Source of the DNA: a bacterium
Lineage (GTDB): Bacteria > UBA8248
Length of the DNA stretch: 64,000 nt
Reading direction: 5' to 3'
NCBI GenBank assembly: GCA_965213625.1
Contig: CBDBZU010000004.1
Location: 3,936,001 to 4,000,000 of the forward strand
In this document: in pieces, positions 23,424-33,716 of the stretch
Layout of the letters: the number at the start of each line of letters is the position of its first letter
Numbering within the stretch: the stretch's first letter is position 1
Notes under the pieces: generated by a model
What the model saw: the letters and a program-made list of their open reading frames with translations, nothing else
Databases searched by the model: none
Told to the model about the DNA's origin: nothing
Translations under genes and position numbers: made by a program

Positions 23424-24471
23424 CTCGTATTTTCGTAAAAATCATCCGGCCTGCGGTGGTCTGCAGAACGCTCGTCACAGAGACGGGGATTTGCTCGCCG
23501 ATGCGATGCTTCGCATGGTCCACCACCACCATGGTCCCATCGTCGAGATAACCGACACCCTGGTTATGTTCCTTGCCTTCCTTGATGATATAGACGCTCA
23601 TGTCCTCGCCGGGCAGAACAACCGGCTTTACCGCGTTGGCCAGTTCGTTGATGTTGAGAACCCGCACCCCCTGAAGCTCGGCCACCTTGTTCAGGTTGAA
23701 ATCGTTGGTCATCACCATACCGCATATCTCCTTGCCCAGGAGCACGAGCTTGGTGTCCACTTCTTTCACGCGGGGGAAATCCGTCTCCAGAATTTGAATA
23801 TCGAGGTCCTGGTTCTGCTGGATCCGCTGGAGGACGTCGAGCCCGCGGCGTCCGCGGTTGCGCTTCAGGGAATCCGAAGAATCGGCTATCTGCTGTAATT
23901 CCTTGAGTACGAACTGGGGCACCACCATGGGACCCTCGACGAAGCCCGCCTCGCAGATGTCGGCGATGCGTCCGTCGATGATGACGCTGGTGTCGAGAAT
24001 CTTGGCGTGATGATTTTTCTTACCGGTTGCATCTTTCCCTTTCTCGGGGGTAGTCGTTGAAAACCTGCTTCCCGCTACGGATCCGAGAATGACGCCCAGT
24101 GCGCCGAGAAACAAACCCATAGCGGCGTCAGCCAAGGGGCGGACGGTTTGCGGAAATATCTCGCCAATGAGAGAACACACCAGCAAGGCAGCCAGAAGAC
24201 CGAAGAGCAGGCCCGATGCCCCGCCGGCCAGAACGCCGACCTCGAGCTTGCCTAATTCCTTCGCGAGCACCAACAACAGAACGCCCGCCAAAACACCCGC
24301 AGCCATACCGACTATGCGGCCCACCAATACCAAGGCTTCTGCAAGCAACCCTCCCATGACGGCGCAAAGGATGATGAAGAGAGCGCTTAGAATCAGGCCC
24401 AAGCGGCTCGGTTTCTCCTCTATCTCCACCGGTATCGTCTCAACCGGCATCTTCTTGGTGGACTCATTCAT
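23392..24471 (-). CDS. Membrane PIN/TRAM-domain protein (YacL-like)
   Basis: N-terminal TM helices, [14 protein letters not shown] motif, [15 protein letters not shown]; usual position before ispDF. Confidence 0.92.
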   Translation of the reverse strand: MNESTKKMPVETIPVEIEEKPSRLGLILSALFIILCAVMGGLLAEALVLVGRIVGMAAGVLAGVLLLVLAKELGKLEVGVLAGGASGLLFGLLAALLVCSLIGEIFPQTVRPLADAAMGLFLGALGVILGSVAGSRFSTTTPEKGKDATGKKNHHAKILDTSVIIDGRIADICEAGFVEGPMVVPQFVLKELQQIADSSDSLKRNRGRRGLDVLQRIQQNQDLDIQILETDFPRVKEVDTKLVLLGKEICGMVMTNDFNLNKVAELQGVRVLNINELANAVKPVVLPGEDMSVYIIKEGKEHNQGVGYLDDGTMVVVDHAKHRIGEQIPVSVTSVLQTTAGRMIFTKIRDETVQSRTGA

Positions 24472-24668
24472 ATATGCTTCTCCCGCAGTATCTTATGATG
24501 AAAAATAACCTTGCTAGTTTAAAACAACCTTGCTTCGTTATGGTTTCGTGCCAATCAAATTCGCGTTCGACGGCAAAATAACCTGTTCAGGTCACTAAAC
24601 ATACGGCGTCGAGTAATGGGCAGGAGCGGTCCAGGCTGATCGATTCAGGATCAAGACGTAAAAAATGA

Positions 24669-25154
24669 CTACTCCGCTTCCAATATGAAATCTCCGCTTT
24701 TTCCGCCCGTTTTTCTCACCAGCCGAACATCCGAGAGAACCATCCCCTTATCCACCGCCTTGCACATATCGTAGACGGTCAGGCCGGCCACGCTCACGGC
24801 GGTCAGGGCTTCCATCTCCACGCCCGTTCTGTCCTGCGCGCGCACGACGGCCTCAATACGCAGAAGGCCGAGCGGTTCATCTGCAGAAAATTCTATCTCC
24901 ACGCTCGATATGCGCAGGGGATGACACATCGGGATGAGGTTTGCACATTGCTTGGCCGCCATGACTCCCGCAATACGAGCGGTGCCCAGTACGTCGCCTT
25001 TGGGAAGGCCTCCGGCCAGGATGAGACTTAAGGTATCAGGCGCCATCTCCAGGCGGCCGCGCGCCACGGCCTCGCGGCGGGTGACATCCTTGCTCCCGAC
25101 GTCCACCATGCGGGCGCGGCCTTGCTCGTCGATGTGAGAGAGTTCCTGAGGCAC
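24669..25154 (-). CDS. moaC: Cyclic pyranopterin monophosphate synthase
   Basis: ARMVDV, LIPMCHP, TGVEMEALT, YDMCKA. Confidence 0.97.
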   Translation of the reverse strand: MPQELSHIDEQGRARMVDVGSKDVTRREAVARGRLEMAPDTLSLILAGGLPKGDVLGTARIAGVMAAKQCANLIPMCHPLRISSVEIEFSADEPLGLLRIEAVVRAQDRTGVEMEALTAVSVAGLTVYDMCKAVDKGMVLSDVRLVRKTGGKSGDFILEAE

Positions 25155-25406
25155 CGAGGACGCCCTCCGTTAATTCCGATGAAGCAGGAGAGTCCGCTTC
25201 ACGGGCGGATTGTATCGGATCATCATACAACAGGAGCGCGAAACACGAAAGTAAAAAAAAACAAGGGGTTCTGGGAGCGGGAAGACAGCAGAAGCCGCTC
25301 CCTCAGTAGCGAAGGCTGATGAGGTTTAGGTCAACTCCGACAGAGGAAGGAGGGGCTGCATGACTTAACAAAGAGCAATCGCTCCATCATCTGTCGCGAT
25401 TGACTC

Positions 25407-25961
25407 CTACAGCTTCGCCAGTGTGAGGCCCTGTTGTTTCTGGTACTTGCCCTTCTTGTCGGCGTAGGAGGTCTCGCACTCCTCGTCGCTCTCGAAGAAC
25501 AGCACCTGGGCGATGCCCTCGTTCGCATATATCTTGGCGGGCAGGGGGGTGGTGTTCGACACCTCGAGGGTGACGAAGCCTTCCCACTCGGGCTCGAAAG
25601 GCGTGACGTTGACGATGATGCCGCAGCGCGCGTAGGTGCTCTTGCCGACGCAGACGGTAAGCACGCTCCTGGGGATGCGGAAATACTCCACCGTCTTGGC
25701 GAGAGCGAAGGAATTGGGCGGGATGATACAGGTATCGGATTTGACGTGGACGAGCGAGCGCTCGTCGAAATTCTTGGGATCCACGATGGTGGAGTTCACG
25801 TTCGTGAAGATCATGAACTCATCGGCGATGCGGATATCGTAGCCATAAGACGAAACGCCGTATGAGATGGCGCCCTCGCGCACCTGCTTGTCCTCGAACG
25901 GCTCTATCATGCCGTGCTCGCGAGACATTTTCGATATCCACCTGTCCGATTTGATCGACAT
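25407..25961 (-). CDS. dcd: dCTP deaminase
   Basis: MSIKSDRWI start, [26 protein letters not shown]. Confidence 0.96.
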   Translation of the reverse strand: MSIKSDRWISKMSREHGMIEPFEDKQVREGAISYGVSSYGYDIRIADEFMIFTNVNSTIVDPKNFDERSLVHVKSDTCIIPPNSFALAKTVEYFRIPRSVLTVCVGKSTYARCGIIVNVTPFEPEWEGFVTLEVSNTTPLPAKIYANEGIAQVLFFESDEECETSYADKKGKYQKQQGLTLAKL

Positions 25962-26225
25962 CGCGTGAACCTCAACTCTTCCGGGAGAAGGGCGAATACC
26001 CGGATTCCATCCGAAACTGAAAACCTCGAGCATGCGCAGTGTTTCGGGAGTGAAATTCCCGGAAATAGTATCTGGGGGCGAGAGGAGACCAACTCCCCCC
26101 ACCCCCAGATGACCGCCCCTGTCCGCCCGAAACGGGGGCGATCCGACAAGCGCTTCTTCGTGCCGAAACACGAGAGATGCGCTTGGGATTCGCTTTAATC
26201 ACCATGTTCCGAGAAAACTATATAA

Positions 26226-26283
26226 ACACAACATATAGTGCCGCGTCAACGATATTTTTACCCAAAAACACAATTTCTTGTGG
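26226..26283. promoter_or_regulatory. Pair of NrdR-box-like sites upstream of dcd
   Basis: ACACAACATATAGTGC (26226-26241) and ACACAATTTCTTGTGG (26268-26283), starts 42 bp apart; resemble acaCwAtATaTwGtgt. Confidence 0.7.
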
Positions 26284-26342
26284 ATAGGCCGTTGATGTCC
26301 AGGGGAAATGCCGGGGAGTACCTGTGGAAAAATTGTGGATAG
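26279..26342. promoter_or_regulatory. Three DnaA-box-like 9-mers
   Basis: TGTGGATAG (26279), TGTGGAAAA (26323), TGTGGATAG (26334); each 1 mismatch to TGTGGATAA, same orientation. Confidence 0.55.
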
Positions 26343-26355
26343 TGGCGACGCCGGC

Positions 26356-27204
26356 TTATTTGAACCGGTCCGCGTGGACCTTGACTTTCGCGCCCTCGCG
26401 TAAGCGCCTGAGCAGCGCCTCGTACCGCTCGCTTCGCTTGAGTTCAGAATAAACGAGCTTTACGTCGACCTTGACGTCTTCATACTTCGCGTCTGCAGCC
26501 CCTATGCGCTCGAGAACCCGTATCACCTGCCAGCCTACAGACGTTCGTATCGGGTCGCTCGGCTGGCCGATGGGCAACTTGAAAGCCACGTCCTCGAGCG
26601 CCTTGTCCAATGCGCCTCGTTCGGCGGTTCCCATCATGCCGCCCGCATCGCGTGTGCTCTCGAAGATGGAGCGCTCCCTCGCCACCTGCGCGAAGGGCGT
26701 CCCTTTTCTGAGTTCGGCGACGGCGTCCCACGCCTCTTTTTCGGTTTTGAGCACGATGTGGGCGAGGGTGACCGCCTCCCTGCGGCGGAACCGCTCCTTA
26801 TTGGCGAGAAAGAAATCGCGCAACTGCTGCTCGGAAGCGCTCGCGGCCTCCGTATCTTGTTTCAGGAATTCCTCGATGACGAGCCTTCGCTTCAAGCGTT
26901 CTATCCTTTTCCGAATCTGAGCAGACTCATCTATTTTCTGGCGTATTGCTTCCTGATAGAGGAGTTCCCCCTGAACCAGCCCGTCGAGAAACCGATCCTT
27001 GTTCTTGCGGATGCGGATGCGCACGGCGGGAGCGAACCGGTTCAGCCTCTGCTCGATCTCTCCCAGTGTGATTTTCTGCTCGTTCACCTCGATGACGACC
27101 TGATCCAAATCTTTCATGGAGGGGTCTGCCTTCTTGCTCGCTCCTTCAGCATCCAGACCACAGAACAACGCAATCACTACAATCAGCATGAATATCTTTT
27201 TCAT
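26356..27204 (-). CDS. Exported parvulin (PpiC/PrsA-like) peptidyl-prolyl isomerase
   Basis: Signal peptide MKKIFMLIVV.., AHIVL, F..VARERS, GGMMG, SDPIRT..GWQVI. Confidence 0.88.
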   Translation of the reverse strand: MKKIFMLIVVIALFCGLDAEGASKKADPSMKDLDQVVIEVNEQKITLGEIEQRLNRFAPAVRIRIRKNKDRFLDGLVQGELLYQEAIRQKIDESAQIRKRIERLKRRLVIEEFLKQDTEAASASEQQLRDFFLANKERFRRREAVTLAHIVLKTEKEAWDAVAELRKGTPFAQVARERSIFESTRDAGGMMGTAERGALDKALEDVAFKLPIGQPSDPIRTSVGWQVIRVLERIGAADAKYEDVKVDVKLVYSELKRSERYEALLRRLREGAKVKVHADRFK

Positions 27205-27314
27205 GTCCGTCTCATACCCCTTCCCTGCGAACCTCGAAAACGAATTAAAAAACCGACCCATAATATACCGGCAAACGGCGCCGAGAGAAAATTATTTTCT
27301 TCTTACAAAGGCAT

Positions 27315-28277
27315 TCAAACGAAATATGAGAACATGAGCGTCAGATAGCATACATATACGGCCAGGCACATGAGCCCCGCCCTGCGCCCCATGCCGCGCT
27401 TCCAAAAGGCGAGGACCAAGAACATCACCATCAGCAAGAGCATGAACGGGAAATCCAGAACGAACGATTGATGCTCCATCCCCAGAGGCGTGATGAAAGA
27501 CGCCCCGCCCAGAACCCAAGCGATGTTCAGGACGTTCGCCCCCAGCACGTTGCCGACGGCCATGTCCCCATGACCGCTCAAGGATGCGGAGACGGCCGTG
27601 ATCAATTCGGGCAGCGAGGTGCCGATAGCCACGAGCGTGAGGCCGATGACCAGTTCGGGAATGCCCATGGCGCGGGCCAGATGCGCCGCATTCTGAACGA
27701 GTACAATGCTGCCGAGAACGACCGCTAACGAGCCGGCGATGAAGCGTAGTCCGATATGCCGCTTTTCCCGGTCCGTCATCGCACTTCCAATATCGAAATC
27801 CGTCCAGGTGGCCCGTTTCATGGTGAACCAAAGATAAACGGGCACCAGGGCGAACAAAACCACGCCTTCCACCCGGGCGATTTTGCCGTCCCAGCCCAGG
27901 GTAAGCAGCAACACGCCCATCATCAGCATGAAGAGCCCTTTTGGCAGAACATCTTCCCGGGCGAGAGACACGGGCTCGAGCAGAAACGCCACCGCCAGGA
28001 TGAGTCCGATGTTGCAGATGGTGGAACCGACCGCATTGCCCACGGACGTGGCCGGATGCTCCAGCCAGGCCGCGATGACAGATACGCTGAATTCGGGAGC
28101 CGTCGTCGCCAGACTCACCAGGGTGGCACCGACGATTACTTTGGGCACCCCGGTAATTTCGGCGACTCCCACCGCCCCGTCGGTGAACCAGTCGGCGCCT
28201 TTCGTGATGATGAGGAGGCCCGCGGCGAAGAAAAGAAAATTCGCCCAGATGGGAAAACTCGCGAAATATGCTTCCAT
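27315..28277 (-). CDS. Calcium/sodium antiporter (YrbG-like)
   Basis: Alpha repeats ATTAPE..GNAVGS and GTSLPE..GNVLGAN. Confidence 0.92.
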   Translation of the reverse strand: MEAYFASFPIWANFLFFAAGLLIITKGADWFTDGAVGVAEITGVPKVIVGATLVSLATTAPEFSVSVIAAWLEHPATSVGNAVGSTICNIGLILAVAFLLEPVSLAREDVLPKGLFMLMMGVLLLTLGWDGKIARVEGVVLFALVPVYLWFTMKRATWTDFDIGSAMTDREKRHIGLRFIAGSLAVVLGSIVLVQNAAHLARAMGIPELVIGLTLVAIGTSLPELITAVSASLSGHGDMAVGNVLGANVLNIAWVLGGASFITPLGMEHQSFVLDFPFMLLLMVMFLVLAFWKRGMGRRAGLMCLAVYVCYLTLMFSYFV

Positions 28278-28328
28278 ACTCGAGAAGCGTCCTTTATATG
28301 GCGCCGGCTCAGAATCGCCGGGGAGCGG

Positions 28329-29114
28329 TTACTTGCCCTGGAATCCGGGTTTCCGTTTCTCCAGAAAAGCGGCGATTCCTTCCTGAAAATCCTGGCTGGC
28401 GACCGTCTCGGCCTGCGCGCCAGCCTCCGCGCGGAGCGCAGTCGCCACGTCCAGGCCGCCTGAGGCGCGAATCAGCTTTTTCGCCGCGCGAAGCGCGACC
28501 GAGGGGCCCTCGGCGAGCCTCCGCCCAAAAGCCATCGCCTCTTCCATGAGCGCGTCGTCACGATGAACCGAGCGGACGAGGCCGATTGCGAGCGCCGACT
28601 CCGCGTCGATGACGTCGCCCGTCAAAATCAACTCCAAGGCTTTCGCGCTGCCCACGACGCGTGGCAGGAAAAACGTACCCCCGCAATCGGGGACGAGTCC
28701 GACTTTTAAGTACACCTGCCCGAACGAAGCGCCCGCGCCCGCCAGGCGGATGTCGCAGGCCAAAGCGATATCACATCCTGCGCCTACGGCGAAACCATGG
28801 ACGGCCGCTATCGTCGGACATCGAACTTCATATAGCTTCGCCAGCGATTTCTGATAATCCGGCCAGAGGAACTCCTCCATCCGCTCGCCCGCCCGAATGC
28901 GTGCCTCGATTTCCTTCAGGTCCCCGCCCGCGGAGAAGGCGCGTCCCGCCCCGCTCAGAACCATCGCGCGGATATCGGGTTCGTTGCATCGCTCGCACAC
29001 CTCGTATAATTCTTGCGCCATCTGCCGGTCGAGCGCATTGAGCGCTTCGGGACGATTGAGTTGCACGAGAGCCAAACCGCCTTCTTCCTCGAATCCGATG
29101 GTATCCCACGCCAT
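28329..29114 (-). CDS. Enoyl-CoA hydratase/isomerase family (PaaG-like residue pattern)
   Basis: NRPEALNA, AFSAGGDL, AVGAG, GLVPDCG; usual catalytic Glu residues not evident. Confidence 0.88.
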   Translation of the reverse strand: MAWDTIGFEEEGGLALVQLNRPEALNALDRQMAQELYEVCERCNEPDIRAMVLSGAGRAFSAGGDLKEIEARIRAGERMEEFLWPDYQKSLAKLYEVRCPTIAAVHGFAVGAGCDIALACDIRLAGAGASFGQVYLKVGLVPDCGGTFFLPRVVGSAKALELILTGDVIDAESALAIGLVRSVHRDDALMEEAMAFGRRLAEGPSVALRAAKKLIRASGGLDVATALRAEAGAQAETVASQDFQEGIAAFLEKRKPGFQGK

Positions 29115-29317
29115 GTCCTGTTCTCCCGTAATTATCATTGCCGATTGATCTGGAAAAAAATTTTGTTTTTTCTTACAATATGGCATATCTTCCGAAGTTG
29201 GAAGAAAGAGAATCGCTTCATCCGGGCATTATACCGGACGTTTTAACGCTTTGTGCGGCTTTCGCCCACCGGATTCCGCGCACTTGCGGGCGCGGGTACT
29301 TGATTGAGGGATGCAAA

Positions 29318-29941
29318 TTGGAATCACCGGACGCTGTCATCAAGATATATGATCGCTGGGGAAAGTTCTACGACTTCGTCTTCAAGCACGTGTTCAACGA
29401 AGGCCGAAACGTCGGCGTCGACCTGCTCGACCTCCAGCCTGGCGAGAAACTGCTCGAAGTAGGCGTGGGCACGGGCCTTTCCCTGCCGCTCTACCCGTCG
29501 ACGTCGGAGATCATCGCCATCGACCTCTCCTCGAAGATGCTCGAGAAGGCAAAGGAGAAGGTCGAGAAGCTGGGCCTTCAAAACGTCGAGCTCGGCGTGA
29601 TGGACGCGCAGAACATGACGTATGCGGACAACTCCTTCGACTGCGTCACCGCCTGCTACGTGGTGAGCGCCGCACCGGATCCACACAAGGTCGTCTCGGA
29701 AATCTGCCGCGTGTGCAAGCCGGGCGGGCGCATCGTCTTCATCAACCATTTCAAGAGCCAGAAATACCTGCTGGCCAAGTTCGAGGAACTCATCAACGGG
29801 GTCTGCAAGAAATTCGGATGGGAGACCACACTGGACCTGGAACCCCTGCTCGAGGCGAACAACCTGACCCTCGAACGCCAGGAGCGCGTGAACATATTCG
29901 ACTACTGGCGCGCAGTACTCTGCATCAATTCCGACAAATAG
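29318..29941 (+). CDS. Class I SAM methyltransferase, phosphatidylethanolamine N-methyltransferase (PmtA)-like
   Basis: Y.RW..FYDFVF, LEVGVGTGLSL, RVCKPGG, INHF; TTG start inferred. Confidence 0.8.
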   Translation: MESPDAVIKIYDRWGKFYDFVFKHVFNEGRNVGVDLLDLQPGEKLLEVGVGTGLSLPLYPSTSEIIAIDLSSKMLEKAKEKVEKLGLQNVELGVMDAQNMTYADNSFDCVTACYVVSAAPDPHKVVSEICRVCKPGGRIVFINHFKSQKYLLAKFEELINGVCKKFGWETTLDLEPLLEANNLTLERQERVNIFDYWRAVLCINSDK

Positions 29942-30004
29942 CGTCGTTGGCCACATCCCGAAGGCCCAGCCGCGCGGCGCATCCGCCTGCGCGCTTATGC
30001 TGAG

Positions 30005-30916
30005 ATGAGCGTCGACTCGAACGCCTACGGCGTATTGCTGGCTTCGATAGCCTCGACCGCCTGGGCGTTCTTTACCTATTTCATCAAGCGTGCGCTCATG
30101 AACGCGCCCGTCCTCAAAGTCACCGCCGCCGTCACGACCGTGAACGCGGCATTCGTGACGCTCATCGCACTCTTCTTCATCACGCCCGAGGACTTTCGGG
30201 GCGTCGCCACGATCACCTTCGTCTTCGCTTTTCTCGGGGGCTTTTTCCACATCGGCATATCGCGCTCGTTCTACTACCGCGCCATCCACCGCATCGGGCC
30301 GAACCGCTCCATTCCCATCGCGCTTACGTATCCCGCCGTAACAGCCGTCGTGGCGTCGTTCACGCTCGGCGAAACGCCGACGCTCTCCATAATCGCAGGC
30401 CTCGCGATTCTTCTCGTCGGCATCAAGCTCATCGTGCAGGCCGAACCCGCCCAGGAGTCGGAAACGAGCGCTCAAGACGCGAAATGGAAACTATTCGGCT
30501 GGATTTCCGCCGCCATCACCTCTCTGCTCTGGGGCGTGGCCGCCGTGTTCTTCAAAAAAGCGTCCCTGAACCTGCATCCGCTCGCCACCGCCGCGTTATC
30601 GCTCTGGGTGGGAGCCGCCACGGCCACGATGCTGATGGCGCTCGACAGGGGCGGCGAGGAATCGGGCGGCCCCATCCCCGCTTCGGCATGGATGTGGATT
30701 ATCGCCGCCGGCGCGTGCCAGACGATCGCCGTGCCGCTCTATAACTTCGCGTTCGTCCACACGCTGGCCGTGCGCGTGACGGCCATCGTCTCCGCCCAGC
30801 CGCTCATCGTCCTGCTGCTCGGCTGGCTCTTTCTCCGCGAGATGGAAAACATTACCCCCAGGCTCGTCCTTGGCGCGCTTTTGACCGTTGCAGGAACCAT
30901 CGTCGTCATCACTTAA
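30005..30916 (+). CDS. EamA/DMT family transporter
   Basis: About 10 TM segments in two repeats, 303 aa. Confidence 0.85.
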   Translation: MSVDSNAYGVLLASIASTAWAFFTYFIKRALMNAPVLKVTAAVTTVNAAFVTLIALFFITPEDFRGVATITFVFAFLGGFFHIGISRSFYYRAIHRIGPNRSIPIALTYPAVTAVVASFTLGETPTLSIIAGLAILLVGIKLIVQAEPAQESETSAQDAKWKLFGWISAAITSLLWGVAAVFFKKASLNLHPLATAALSLWVGAATATMLMALDRGGEESGGPIPASAWMWIIAAGACQTIAVPLYNFAFVHTLAVRVTAIVSAQPLIVLLLGWLFLREMENITPRLVLGALLTVAGTIVVIT

Positions 30917-31013
30917 GGCCTGGAGAGTTCCCCTCGCCCCGGCGGGGTGCTACTCTTGTACGTCTAATCATCAAAGGAATATTTCGAAACCTCATCACGA
31001 GAAGGAGAGCAAG

Positions 31014-31490
31014 ATGGGCGAAGTCATTCACGTCACCAAGGCCCGCATCGTCAAGGAACCCGGCAAGGGAATGAAGACGGGCTATCTCGACGCCTTCCCC
31101 GACGAACCGATTCCCTACGGCATCCACGGGGGAATCAAGAACTTCTACAAGGCGGAACCCGAGGAGGAGCGTCCGGCCACGCTGGACCACCTCGCGGCCG
31201 CCGTCGCCGGCTGACTGACGGGCAACATGGGAGGCGCGCTGGATGCGCGCGGGATAAAGAGCAGCCCCGATAACCTCGTGGCGGAAGTCGAAGGCATCAT
31301 CGAGAACGTGGACGGCATGGCCCTGGTCACCAAGATCAAGGTGAACTACAAGTGCCGAATCCCCAAAGGAAAGCGAGAAGACGCCGAACGCGCCCTCGCC
31401 GTGCACGAGAAAGGCTGCCCGGCGAGCCAGAGCGTGCAGCGCGGCATCGAGGTCGAATACACGGCGGAGTTCGAGGAAGTGGACGAGTAG
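31014..31490 (+). CDS. OsmC/Ohr-like selenoprotein (UGA = Sec at codon 67)
   Basis: AAGGAG RBS, ATG 31014; in-frame TGA 31212-31214 in LAAAVAG-U-LTG; frame continues to EKGCPASQS and TAG; hairpin after the UGA. Confidence 0.85.
31234..31250 (+). promoter_or_regulatory. Putative bacterial SECIS element
   Basis: GCGCGC-UGGAU-GCGCGC stem-loop; loop begins 26 nt after the UGA, G at loop position 2. Confidence 0.65.
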
Positions 31491-31513
31491 GCGTTTCTTG
31501 GGACAATGTTTCC

Positions 31514-31637
31514 GTAGGGGCGCATTGATGCGTCCGCCCGCATTGAGGATGAAACACGTAGGGACAGGTCGCGACCTGTCCCTACAAAATCTTTGCGCTT
31601 TCGTTATTTTGGGGCGGACACATCGGTCCGCCCCTAC
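31514..31637. repeat. Cluster of GTAG-type REP palindromes
   Basis: GTAGGGGCGCATTGATGCGTCC, perfect GTAGGGACAGGTCGCGACCTGTCCCTAC (31558-31585), GGGGCGGACACATCGGTCCGCCCCTAC. Confidence 0.85.
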
Positions 31638-31706
31638 GCGCCTCGTTCGAAAGAACTCCTCCTTCGTCAGTCGTAAGAATTCCTCGCTCTTCGATCGGAA
31701 TTCACC

Positions 31707-33536
31707 CTACACGAACAGGATTCCGTAGCGATATCTTCTATCGATCCCCCACGCCAGGCAGAGAGAAAACCCCGAAAGTAGCGCGAGCCCGCCCGCCTGC
31801 TCCCACGAACTGAGGAGCAGCGCGCCGACCAGGAACATCAAGGCGAAAACGAATGTGCTCAAACAAATCCACAGGCCTGCAAGAGCCAACACGGGCGCCG
31901 CGCGTCTGTCCACCCCGCGCACCCGCCCCCAGACACCCGGCGGATGCACCTTCGTCCAGAAAGTTCTCAGCACATCCGGGCGCACCGGCCTCGTAATGAA
32001 CGTAACGATCAGCATCGCCAGGAAGCCCACGCCCACCTCCGCCGCCAGCAATATGGGGAACGAAGGCGGCTTGCCGTCCCAATGGAGATAGAGGGCGGTA
32101 GCGCCGGCGGCCAGCATTCCTGATATCTCCGTCCAGGCGTTCGCCCGCCACCACAGCCAGCGCAGGATCACGGGCAGCCCCAGCCCCGCACCGAGAGAGA
32201 TATGGAACTTCCACGCCACCTCGAGGCTGCCTATCCGCCCCGCCACGGCGAAGGAGCCGAGCGCCATGATCAGCACGCCCAGGCGGCTCACAAAGACGAC
32301 CTCCCGCGCCCCCGCTCCTTTTCTGATAAAGCGCGCATACACGTCGTTCACCAGATAGCTCATCCCCCAGTTCAGGTGGGTGTCCACCGTGCTCATGAAC
32401 GCGCCCAGCAGACCCACCAACACCAGCCCCAATACCCCCGCCGGCAGCAGCATCTCCATCAGGAGGGGATAGGCCGCCTCGCGGTCGGCCAGGATTTTCG
32501 CCTCCAGTGAGCCCGGGAGCGCGTCCATCCCCTTGGGCACGAGGATCAGGCTCACCAGGCCGATGAGTATCCACGGCCAGGGCCTCAAGACGTAGTTCCC
32601 GACCGTGAAGAGGAAGGCGCCCGCCTGGGCGTCTCTCGGCGAGCGCGCCGAGCACAGCCTCTGGCCGATATAGCCGCCACCGTCTGCGTTGTTGTGCGCC
32701 CACCAGACCACGAACAGATAGATGAGAATCACCTGCGCCCCCGCCCATCCCGCACCCTCGGGCGGCAAGAAGGAGAGGATGTTCGCAGCGCCCTCTGCGC
32801 CGTAAATCTCGCCCAGCTTTGCGCTCAGGCCCGAAAGCCCGCCCACGGCCTCGACGGCGTACCAGGCGAACAGGCAACTACCCGCCATCGCGATGACGAA
32901 CTGGAACAAATCGGTGAGCATGACGCCGCGGATGCCGCCCGCGCTCGCGTAAAGCGCAATCATCAAGACGAGCAGGGCGACCGTTACGCTTTCGTTCACG
33001 CTTCCCATCGTGAGGACGACGGGCCAGTTCGCCTCGATGGCCGTCCACAAGTTCGGGGGAAGAATCTCCTCCCACCGCAGGAAGGGCTGGACTATCTTCG
33101 CCATGGCGCGGAATACCCAGCCCATGACGATCAGGTTCACGATGAGGGAGGAATAGACGGCCTTGAAGCCGCGCAGGAACGCGCCGGGGCCGCTCCCGTA
33201 GCGCAGTTCGATGAGTTCGGCGTCGGTCACCACGCCCGCTCGCCGCCACAGGGGGGCGAAGAATACCGCGACGCCCACGTTGCCGATGACCCACGCCCAC
33301 CAGAACCAGTTTCCCGAAATGCCGCGCTTGGCGACGATGCCGGCCACGACGAGGGGGGTGTCGGAGGCGAAGGTTGTCGCCACCATGGAAATGCCAATCC
33401 ACCACCAGGGGAGGCTGCGTCCAGCCACGAAGTAAGAAGCCAGACTCCTGGACGCCGAGCGCGAAGTGAGCACGCCGATAAGCACCGCGAACGCGATGTA
33501 GGCGAGGATGAGCGACCAGTCCAGAGTCGAGAGCAT
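31707..33536 (-). CDS. Sodium:solute symporter family protein
   Basis: YFVAGRSLPWW, SMVATTFASDTPL, AFMSTVDTHLNWG; many TM helices. Confidence 0.93.
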   Translation of the reverse strand: MLSTLDWSLILAYIAFAVLIGVLTSRSASRSLASYFVAGRSLPWWWIGISMVATTFASDTPLVVAGIVAKRGISGNWFWWAWVIGNVGVAVFFAPLWRRAGVVTDAELIELRYGSGPGAFLRGFKAVYSSLIVNLIVMGWVFRAMAKIVQPFLRWEEILPPNLWTAIEANWPVVLTMGSVNESVTVALLVLMIALYASAGGIRGVMLTDLFQFVIAMAGSCLFAWYAVEAVGGLSGLSAKLGEIYGAEGAANILSFLPPEGAGWAGAQVILIYLFVVWWAHNNADGGGYIGQRLCSARSPRDAQAGAFLFTVGNYVLRPWPWILIGLVSLILVPKGMDALPGSLEAKILADREAAYPLLMEMLLPAGVLGLVLVGLLGAFMSTVDTHLNWGMSYLVNDVYARFIRKGAGAREVVFVSRLGVLIMALGSFAVAGRIGSLEVAWKFHISLGAGLGLPVILRWLWWRANAWTEISGMLAAGATALYLHWDGKPPSFPILLAAEVGVGFLAMLIVTFITRPVRPDVLRTFWTKVHPPGVWGRVRGVDRRAAPVLALAGLWICLSTFVFALMFLVGALLLSSWEQAGGLALLSGFSLCLAWGIDRRYRYGILFV

Positions 33537-33716
33537 GGCGTAGATCTCTACGAATGGGCGGGCTTCACGCGCATCCTACAAGGAAAAGAAGATGCAATAC
33601 AGCAGGCCTTGCATCGTGAAACGCAAAAACGCCCCGCACCCTTGCGGGGCGCTCGCTCTTCAAGCGCGTTGTCCAGGCCTGCTCTTTGTTGGTGAGCAGG
33701 CGACTGGGCGCGCCAT

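Noticed and set aside
24538-24554. TGGCACG on the minus strand as a sigma54 promoter
   Set aside because: The -12 position reads CATA, not TTGC
25155-25406. Hairpin-rich spacer upstream of moaC as a Moco riboswitch
   Set aside because: Could not match Moco-motif landmarks in the sense orientation; hairpin plus T-run is explained as the dcd terminator region. An Rfam scan would settle it
26279-26342. DnaA boxes as oriC
   Set aside because: Only three imperfect boxes, no clear unwinding element and no dnaA/dnaN/gidA context
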